Source: Nitrospirota bacterium (GTDB taxonomy: Bacteria > Nitrospirota > UBA9217). From it: a stretch of 64,000 nucleotides of DNA. Location of the stretch: positions 64,001 to 128,000 of the forward strand of contig CAWBNQ010000002.1 of assembly GCA_963790205.1 (NCBI GenBank), written 5' to 3'. Positions within the stretch are counted from its first letter, which is position 1; each line of letters begins with the position of its first letter. This document shows, one piece after another, positions 57,166 to 64,000 of the stretch. The translations under genes and the position numbers were made by a program. Below the pieces are notes generated by a model. It had not been told where the DNA came from and did not search any database. It was given only the letters and a program-made list of their open reading frames with translations.

Positions 57166-57831
57166 ATGTCTCAACCTCTAAAAAAAACAATTCACCACGC
57201 CCTTGAGACAAATGATCTCGATGCCGTGGTGTCGCTTGCGAAAGAAAATCGAAGGGTCCTGAGCCTGCTGGTGCGCATTGCCTACGACAAGGACACGCTC
57301 GTCGGGTGGCGGGCGATCAAGGCAATCGGATTTTCTGCAAAAGCGCTCGTCAAGACCGATTATGACTTCCTTCGAGAGACGGTACGAAGGCTTCTCTGGT
57401 CTCTTACCGACGAATCAGGCGGCATCGGGTGGGCCGCGCCCGAGCTTCTGGGGGAGATCGTGAGCGCGGACCCTCACAGATTCAGCGATATTGTCCCGCT
57501 TATTGCCGGGGTTTATGATATAGAGGAAGAGGTGTTCAGGCCCGGGGTCCTCTATGCGCTGGGCAGGATTGCTCAGGCTGATCCCGCATTGATGATCCCC
57601 TATAAAGACCTCATCAAACGCGTGCTTTCCGACGATGGTCCATTGTCGCGTGTCTACGCGCTTGATTTATTGAAGACGCTCAAAAGCCGGATGAGTGGAA
57701 AAGAACTGGACATTTTCAGGAAAATGGCAACGAACCTGTTGTCAGATCATTCTGAGGCGTGGGTCTACACCAATGACGGATTCGTAAATATGGAAGTACG
57801 GGAAGCCGCACGAGCAGCTATTGAAGATTAA
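57166..57831 (+). CDS. HEAT-like helical repeat protein (DVU0298-like)
   Basis: RRLLWSLTDESGGIGWAAPELLGEI signature; helical repeats. Confidence 0.8.
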   Translation: MSQPLKKTIHHALETNDLDAVVSLAKENRRVLSLLVRIAYDKDTLVGWRAIKAIGFSAKALVKTDYDFLRETVRRLLWSLTDESGGIGWAAPELLGEIVSADPHRFSDIVPLIAGVYDIEEEVFRPGVLYALGRIAQADPALMIPYKDLIKRVLSDDGPLSRVYALDLLKTLKSRMSGKELDIFRKMATNLLSDHSEAWVYTNDGFVNMEVREAARAAIED

Positions 57832-57965
57832 TATTATATGTGTGGGGTGACAACATAATATATTGACTATTCCGCGAGTAATTGTGGGATAGTGATATGG
57901 TTTTTTATGGCCAATAAATAGTGCGCTTGAATCTGTGATGCAAGCGTTTTATTTTTATCCATAAA

Positions 57966-57995
57966 CTTGACAAAGATAGACTCATATTTTATAAT
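57966..57995 (+). promoter_or_regulatory. Consensus sigma70 promoter overlapped by a HAIR (HspR) operator
   Basis: TTGACA(57967)-17 nt-TATAAT(57990); CTTGACA-N7-ACTCATA compared with HAIR CTTGAGT-N7-ACTCAAG. Confidence 0.8.
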
Positions 57996-58024
57996 GTAAA
58001 AATTGAAATGTTTTGAGAGGTATT

Positions 58025-59167
58025 ATGGCTACTGATACGAAAAGAGATTATTACGAGGTTCTCGGGGTCAAAAAGGACGCTTCCCAGGCGGACATCAAGA
58101 AAGCTTTCAGAAAGCTTGCGAGGAAGTATCATCCCGATGTAAACCCGGGAAACAAGACCGCTGAGCAGAATTTCAAGGAAATGAGCGAAGCCTACGAGGT
58201 CCTCTCCGACGCCGGGAAAAGGCAGCAGTACGATCAGTTCGGCCACGCGGCCTTTGGCGGAGGGTACGGCCCCGGTCCGGAAGCGGGGCCGGGGTTCGGA
58301 GGGCAGCGGCCCGGCGCTGAACACTTCCGCAGCGGCAATTTCGAGGGGTTCGGGGACATCTTCGGCGACCTCTTCGGCGAGAGGGCCAGGCCCCGCGGCC
58401 CGCACAAGGGAGAGGACACGACCTACGCCGTTGAAGTTGACCTCGAAGACGCCATATACGGCAGGACCATGCAGGTCGATCTGCGGCGCGAAGCGACCTG
58501 CGCAACGTGCGGCGGCTCGGGCGCCCAGCCGGGCACGTCCCGTCGGACCTGTCCCACGTGCATGGGCTCGGGCAGCGTGTCCCAGGGCAGGGGGTTCATG
58601 CAGATCGCCCAGCCCTGTCCTACGTGCGGCGGCGAAGGGACGATCAACCCGAACCCGTGCAGGACCTGCGGCGGGAGGGGCGTTGTTCCCAGGTCGGAGC
58701 GCATCAATGTGAAGATCCCGCCGGGCGTGGACAACGGCTCAAAGATACGGGTCGCGGGCATGGGCGGCCCGGGTGAACAGGGAGGCCCTCCAGGAGACGT
58801 CTATATCATAACGAAGGTGAGGCCCCATCCGTACTTCGAACGCAAGGGCGACAACCTGTACTCGGAAGCAAAAATCACGGTGAGAGAGGCGGCGCTGGGA
58901 GATAAGATCGAGATCCCGACGGTGGACGGCATGGTCTCGCTGACCGTCCCGCCGGGCGTTCAGACCGGGCAGCAGCTCAAACTGAAGGGCAAGGGCGTGC
59001 CGCATCTGGGCGGAGGAGGAGTGGGCGACCACTATGTGACGCTTAAAGTGGTCACTCCAACGGGGCTTGGCGACCGCGAAAAGGAGCTGCTGCGGGAACT
59101 CGACAGGCTCCATCCCTCTGACCCCAGGCGGGACATGGTATTCAGGGGGTTTAGGAAGAGAACTTGA
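58025..59167 (+). CDS. dnaJ: Chaperone DnaJ
   Basis: J domain with HPD, G/F-rich region, four CxxCxGxG repeats, C-terminal domain. Confidence 0.97.
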   Translation: MATDTKRDYYEVLGVKKDASQADIKKAFRKLARKYHPDVNPGNKTAEQNFKEMSEAYEVLSDAGKRQQYDQFGHAAFGGGYGPGPEAGPGFGGQRPGAEHFRSGNFEGFGDIFGDLFGERARPRGPHKGEDTTYAVEVDLEDAIYGRTMQVDLRREATCATCGGSGAQPGTSRRTCPTCMGSGSVSQGRGFMQIAQPCPTCGGEGTINPNPCRTCGGRGVVPRSERINVKIPPGVDNGSKIRVAGMGGPGEQGGPPGDVYIITKVRPHPYFERKGDNLYSEAKITVREAALGDKIEIPTVDGMVSLTVPPGVQTGQQLKLKGKGVPHLGGGGVGDHYVTLKVVTPTGLGDREKELLRELDRLHPSDPRRDMVFRGFRKRT

Positions 59168-59256
59168 AGTGCGAAGTTCGAAGTGTGAAGTGCGAAGAAA
59201 ATTCGTAAAACCTGCATTAGTATCTCATTCGGTTTTCGCACTTGCCACTCCGCACT
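59164..59256. repeat. Tandem heptamer repeat (NNGAAGT x5) with an inverted partner
   Basis: TTGAAGT GCGAAGT TCGAAGT GTGAAGT GCGAAGA, followed by the complementary TTCGCACTT..CTCCGCACT. Confidence 0.7.
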
Positions 59257-59272
59257 GAACATGGGGTGAAAG

Positions 59273-59647
59273 ATGGCCGCACGTGAACACAGGCTGTTTA
59301 TGATCAGCGTGGTCTCGGAAATGCTCGGGATCCACCCGCAAACGCTGAGACTGTACGAGCGCGAAGGATTCATCAAGCCCAGGCGAAGCGGGGGAAACAC
59401 CCGTCTCTATTCCGAGGAGGACGTGGAGAAGCTCGAGCTGGTCCTGAGGCTCACACGTGAACTCGGCGTCAACCTGGCCGGGGTGGAAGTGATCCTCTCC
59501 ATGCGGGAGAAGATGGAGCAAATGCAGCGGGAGATGGAAGAGACGATCGGGCAGCTTCGCAAGGAGCTTGCCCGTGAGATCCGCCGGCGGGAGGAGATGA
59601 GAAGCGCCCTGGTGCCGGTGAGAAGGATCATGGTGCGGAGAGAGTGA
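59273..59647 (+). CDS. hspR: MerR-family heat-shock repressor HspR
   Basis: ISVVSEMLGIHPQTLRLYEREG and LTRELGVNLAGV; lies between dnaJ and clpB. Confidence 0.9.
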   Translation: MAAREHRLFMISVVSEMLGIHPQTLRLYEREGFIKPRRSGGNTRLYSEEDVEKLELVLRLTRELGVNLAGVEVILSMREKMEQMQREMEETIGQLRKELAREIRRREEMRSALVPVRRIMVRRE

Positions 59648-59769
59648 AGGCGGAAGATGAGAAAGTGGGAAGTTGGGACGGTAGGGAAAAGGAGCAGGCG
59701 AAAGACGGGCTGATTCTCATCATCCCAACTTCGTAGCTTCGCAACTTCATATTTGCAGCGGAGGTTCAT

Positions 59770-62367
59770 ATGGCACGGTTTGATAAATTTACTCTTAAGG
59801 CGCAGGAGGCGGTGCAGGCTGCGCAGGAGGCGGCGGGCAAGCTTCATCACCAGCACATCGAAGCGGAACACCTCCTGCTCGCGCTCCTGGAACAGACGGA
59901 CGGCGTTGTCCTGCCGCTGCTTAAGAAACTCGGCGCAGACCCCGGGAGGATCAAGGACGACCTCGAAGAGGCCTTGGGGAGGCTGCCGAAGGTCGAGGGG
60001 CTGGTGCAGACCTATCTTTCGCCGCGCCTCGGCAAGCTGTTCGAACGCGCGGAACAGGAGGCTGACCGGCTCAAGGACGAGTACACCAGCACCGAACACC
60101 TGCTGATCGCCGCCGCCGACGGAGACGGAGCGGCCCGTGAAATCCTCGCGCGCCACGGTGTTACGAAAGAAAAGATATTCACGGTCCTCGTCGACATCCG
60201 GGGCAGCCAGCGCGTGACGGACCAGAACCCGGAAGGCAAGTATCAGGCCTTGACGCGCTACGGCCGGGACCTGACCGACCTGGCGCGACGCGGCAAGCTC
60301 GATCCCGTTATCGGCAGGGACGAGGAGATCCGGCGCGTGGTCCAGGTGCTGTCGAGGCGGACGAAGAACAACCCGGTTCTTATCGGAGAGCCGGGCGTGG
60401 GCAAGACCGCCATTGCCGAGGGACTGGCTCAGCGGATCGTCTCCGGCGACGTGCCCGAAGGCCTGAAGAACAAGCGCGTGGTGGCCCTGGATATGGGGGC
60501 GCTCATCGCCGGCGCCAAGTACCGCGGCGAGTTCGAGGACCGGCTCAAGGCCGTGCTCAAGGAAGTGACCGAGGCGAGCGGCGACGTGGTCCTCTTCATC
60601 GACGAGCTCCATACCGTGGTCGGCGCGGGCGCCGCGGAGGGCGCCATGGACGCATCGAACATGCTCAAGCCGGCCCTGGCCCGAGGCGAACTCCGGTGCG
60701 TTGGGGCGACCACGCTGAACGAGTACCGGAAATACATCGAGAAGGACCCCGCCCTGGAGCGGCGCTTCCAGCCCGTGCTGGTGCGTGAGCCGTCGGTGGA
60801 GGATACCGTATCGATCTTGCGCGGCCTGAAGGAGCGCTACGAGATCCACCACGGCGTCAAGATCAAGGACTCGGCGCTTGTGAGCGCTGCGCTCCTCTCC
60901 CACCGCTACATCGCCGATCGGTTCCTGCCGGACAAGGCCATCGATTTGATCGATGAAGCGGCCTCGCGGCTCCGCATGGAAATCGACAGTATGCCCGTCG
61001 AGCTTGATGAAGTGGAACGCAGGATCAGGCAGCTCGAGATCGAGCGTGAGGCCGTGAAAAAAGAGCAGGATGCCGCGTCGCGCGAGCGGCTCGTGAAAAT
61101 CGATAAGGAGATCGCCGGGCTCGCCGAAAAGCGCAGAGGTCTCAGGGTGCAGTGGCAATCCGAGAAAGAGGGCATCCAGAAGATCAGGACCATTAAAGAG
61201 CGGATCGAACAGGCCAAGATCGAGGCCGAGAAGGCGGAGCGTGAAGGCAACCTCGGACGCGCGGCCGAGCTGCGTTACGGCAAGCTCCTTGAACTCCAGA
61301 AACAGCTCGACCGGGAGTCGGGAAAACTGAGCGCAGTGCAATCCCAGACAAAAATACTCAAGGAAGAGGTTGATGAGGAGGACGTGGCCGAAATCGTTTC
61401 CAAGTGGACCGGCATCCCGGTGAGCAAAATGCTGGAAGGCGAGATGCAGAAGCTTTTGCACATGGAAGACCGGCTTCGCCTGCGCGTGGTCGGCCAGGAT
61501 GAGGCCATTACCGTGGTGTCCGACGCCGTGCGCAGGGCGCGGGCCGGCATCCAGGACCCGGACCGGCCCATCGGGAGCTTTATCTTCATGGGGCCCACGG
61601 GCGTGGGCAAGACCGAGCTCGCGCGGGCCCTTGCCGAGTTCCTGTTCGATGACGAGCAGGCCATGGTCCGCATCGATATGTCCGAATACCAGGAGCGCCA
61701 CACCGTCTCGCGCCTGATCGGCGCGCCTCCGGGGTATGTCGGCTACGAGGAAGGAGGGCAGCTCACCGAAGCGGTCCGGCGGAGACCCTACGCGGTGGTC
61801 CTCTTCGACGAGATAGAAAAGGCGCACCCCGAGGTGTTCAACGTGCTGCTCCAGCTCCTTGACGACGGCCGGCTGACCGACGGCCAGGGCCGCACCGTTG
61901 ATTTCAAAAACACGGTTGTCATCATGACCTCGAACATCGGGAGCCAGTACATCCAGGATCTCCGGAACGATGAAGAGGAGATGCGGCGGCGCGTGACCGA
62001 AGCCATGCGCCAGCACTTCAGGCCTGAATTCCTGAACCGCGTCGACGATATGGTGATCTTCCATTCGCTTGACGCCGAGGTGCTCAAACAGATCGTCACG
62101 ATCCAGGTCGGTCTCGTGCAGAAGCGCCTTGCGGACAAGAAGATCGAGATCGAGCTCACTGACGGCGCCAAAGAACTTATGGCAGAGGAAGGTTTCGACC
62201 CGGTTTACGGCGCCCGGCCCCTCAAACGGGCGATCCAGCGGGACGTGCTGAACCCCCTTGCGTCCAAGATCCTCTCGGGAGAGATCAAGGAAGGATCCCG
62301 GGTGGTGGTGGACCGGGACAACCGGCGGCTGATCTTCAGGGCGGCGCAGGCGGTGGGCGCCCGGTAA
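59770..62367 (+). CDS. clpB: ATP-dependent chaperone ClpB
   Basis: Two AAA+ modules ([16 protein letters not shown]) and a long middle coiled coil (AAELRYG). Confidence 0.98.
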   Translation: MARFDKFTLKAQEAVQAAQEAAGKLHHQHIEAEHLLLALLEQTDGVVLPLLKKLGADPGRIKDDLEEALGRLPKVEGLVQTYLSPRLGKLFERAEQEADRLKDEYTSTEHLLIAAADGDGAAREILARHGVTKEKIFTVLVDIRGSQRVTDQNPEGKYQALTRYGRDLTDLARRGKLDPVIGRDEEIRRVVQVLSRRTKNNPVLIGEPGVGKTAIAEGLAQRIVSGDVPEGLKNKRVVALDMGALIAGAKYRGEFEDRLKAVLKEVTEASGDVVLFIDELHTVVGAGAAEGAMDASNMLKPALARGELRCVGATTLNEYRKYIEKDPALERRFQPVLVREPSVEDTVSILRGLKERYEIHHGVKIKDSALVSAALLSHRYIADRFLPDKAIDLIDEAASRLRMEIDSMPVELDEVERRIRQLEIEREAVKKEQDAASRERLVKIDKEIAGLAEKRRGLRVQWQSEKEGIQKIRTIKERIEQAKIEAEKAEREGNLGRAAELRYGKLLELQKQLDRESGKLSAVQSQTKILKEEVDEEDVAEIVSKWTGIPVSKMLEGEMQKLLHMEDRLRLRVVGQDEAITVVSDAVRRARAGIQDPDRPIGSFIFMGPTGVGKTELARALAEFLFDDEQAMVRIDMSEYQERHTVSRLIGAPPGYVGYEEGGQLTEAVRRRPYAVVLFDEIEKAHPEVFNVLLQLLDDGRLTDGQGRTVDFKNTVVIMTSNIGSQYIQDLRNDEEEMRRRVTEAMRQHFRPEFLNRVDDMVIFHSLDAEVLKQIVTIQVGLVQKRLADKKIEIELTDGAKELMAEEGFDPVYGARPLKRAIQRDVLNPLASKILSGEIKEGSRVVVDRDNRRLIFRAAQAVGAR

Positions 62368-62518
62368 CAACGGGCACCTTGTCCTCCTTAAGCGGACCGT
62401 TATAAAAATGACGATTTATAACGTCGCTATTTGCGGCGGATTATTTTGTGGTTGCAAATAGGATTGTATGGTATAGTAGCGACTTAGGACAGACCCATCC
62501 ATAAAACAAACAGGTTGG

Positions 62519-63673
62519 ATGATGCCTAAACAAAAAACCGCTAAAGGAAAAGGGGCCGCAAAGTCAGGTTCGGAGCGGGACTTTAAGACTCTTTTCTATC
62601 GAAAACTTACCGAGACCCACCTGTTCTACGAGGTCGGCCGGATTGTCGCTTCCGAGCTTGAGCCTTCGGACCTTATCCAAAAAATCGTGATCTCCCTGGG
62701 AAAGGCGATCAATTTTGACGATGCATCGGTCTATCTGGTCAAGAAAGACTTGACCGGCATGGACCCGTTGTACTACCATCAATCGTCGCTCCCTGAGAAG
62801 GGGACCGGCACGATCTATTTCGAAAACGGAGCGCCCGGCGAGATCGCCGCGAGCGGAGAACCGCTCTTTATCGACGATACCAGGCTCTACGAAAGCTTCA
62901 TCCACCAGCCGGACGAGGTAAAAAAGCCCGGCAGCTACATCGGCGTCCCGCTCAAGAACGAGAACCGGATCGTCGGCGTCATGGGGTTCAGCCACGGCCG
63001 GATCTCTGCCTTCCGGGTGGAGGATTTCGATCTGCTCCGGACGCTTTCTCACCTTGTTTCCGCGGGTCTTGAAAAGGCGGAGCTCTTTAAAAAAACGCTC
63101 GAGCTCTCGCGCGTTGACGAGTTGACGGGGATGCTCAACTATCGCGTGCTGCTCGAGAAGCTTGAAGAGGAAATCCGCAGGCAGGTGCGCACCGGCAGGG
63201 AATTTTGCTTTGTCATGATCGATATCGACGACTTCAAGCGCATCAACGACCGCTACGGCCATCTCGAGGGGAGCAGATTGATAGCGCAGATGGGCCCGCT
63301 GCTGAAAGCGGCGTGCCGGACGGGCAGCACGGACACCTGCTTTCGCTACGGCGGGGAGGAATTCTCGGTTTTACTCGCGGAGACCGATCTGCAGGAGGCG
63401 CTCGTAGTCGCCGAGCGCGTGCGGAAGGCGGTGGAAGAGTATCCGTTCTCCGTGAAGGTCGCACATCCCTCTGAAAGGGTGACGGTGAGCCTCGGCGTCT
63501 CTTTGGTGGTCCATGACGCCGGCAAGGCCATCCCCGAAATAATAAATGAGGCGGACATCGCCCTCTATCATGCCAAGGCCTCCGGCAAAAACAAAGTCGT
63601 CTGCTTCAACGAAGCCTGCACCATGCCCGTCGCCCCATCCGAACGGGGACCAGGCGGTCCGCCCCACCCTTAA
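62519..63673 (+). CDS. GAF-GGDEF diguanylate cyclase
   Basis: GAF domain; DELTG, DIDDFK.IND.YGH, RYGGEEF and AD.ALY.AK..GKN motifs. Confidence 0.94.
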   Translation: MMPKQKTAKGKGAAKSGSERDFKTLFYRKLTETHLFYEVGRIVASELEPSDLIQKIVISLGKAINFDDASVYLVKKDLTGMDPLYYHQSSLPEKGTGTIYFENGAPGEIAASGEPLFIDDTRLYESFIHQPDEVKKPGSYIGVPLKNENRIVGVMGFSHGRISAFRVEDFDLLRTLSHLVSAGLEKAELFKKTLELSRVDELTGMLNYRVLLEKLEEEIRRQVRTGREFCFVMIDIDDFKRINDRYGHLEGSRLIAQMGPLLKAACRTGSTDTCFRYGGEEFSVLLAETDLQEALVVAERVRKAVEEYPFSVKVAHPSERVTVSLGVSLVVHDAGKAIPEIINEADIALYHAKASGKNKVVCFNEACTMPVAPSERGPGGPPHP

Positions 63674-63843
63674 AAACAGCCCAGCTGGCACGCCGAGATC
63701 TTGATCTTCAGTTCGTTGCACAGCCCGCCGAGTTCCTGAAGCGTCACGTTCAATTCTTTAGCCAGGGCATGCGCCTGTTCGCACGTAAGCCGGTTGCCGG
63801 CCGATGAGGCCAGCAGCGCTTCAACTATCTTCTCCCGAGTCAT
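63670..63843 (-). CDS. Small protein ending in CQLGCF (57 aa)
   Basis: RBS GGAGG; LTCEQA...KIKISACQLGCF pattern. Confidence 0.8.
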   Translation of the reverse strand: MTREKIVEALLASSAGNRLTCEQAHALAKELNVTLQELGGLCNELKIKISACQLGCF

Positions 63844-63926
63844 GTCTTCCTCCACGAGTACCTTATCTATAATACACGATGCACGACGGATTATGCAACA
63901 TCGGGACAAGTACCTGCTTTCCGATG

Positions 63927-63955
63927 TTGACTTGTCAAGAGCTCTCGGATAAAAT
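63927..63955 (+). promoter_or_regulatory. Sigma70-like promoter for a transcript running off the window end
   Basis: TTGACT-17 nt-TAAAAT. Confidence 0.5.
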
Positions 63956-64000
63956 GAACTATTCCAATAAATAAAAGCAGAGAGGCATCCCTGAACAGCA

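Noticed and set aside
59407..62370. 987-aa ORF antisense to hspR-clpB, and similar long antisense ORFs opposite selD, the Ig protein, hcp, nuoF and the activase
   Set aside because: Shadow frames of GC-rich genes with strong family matches on the other strand; they have no motifs of their own.
63962..64000. Possible leader RNA or riboswitch after the terminal promoter
   Set aside because: Truncated by the window edge; too short to assign.

Overview
GC-rich bacterial chromosomal window. The gene content suggests an anaerobe, probably Nitrospirota or Desulfobacterota-like (inference). In order it holds: ribD, marC, a porin plus two multiheme cytochrome c lipoproteins (extBCD-like conduit), an FGGY kinase, a selenocysteine-containing selD (in-frame UGA plus SECIS hairpin, missed by the ORF track), a lytic transglycosylase, an Ig-repeat protein and tRNA-fMet. 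An accessory-looking ~30 kb stretch follows: nitroreductase, MFS transporters, receiver-PilZ, MBL hydrolase, an ORF6N remnant, an RDD protein, a complete IS110/IS1111-type element, rhodanese, hcp, a RAYT remnant, a divergent RelA/SpoT-like nucleotidyltransferase, SulP, a tandem-AP2 protein, OYE, AKR, a pentapeptide-repeat protein, Dus, RluA and a CoA-dehydratase activase. The rest is glgC, a nuoEFG-like (Bfu-type) flavin/Fe-S module next to cooS, hemolysin III, HTH-pilMNOPQ, dnaJ-hspR-clpB with a HAIR operator, and a GAF-GGDEF protein. The clearest find is the IS110 element: its right non-coding end folds into a bridge-RNA target loop whose two guides match the reconstructed empty insertion site, and that site resembles the motif beside a nearby RAYT remnant. 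Single-base frameshifts in cooS and pilN may be assembly errors.
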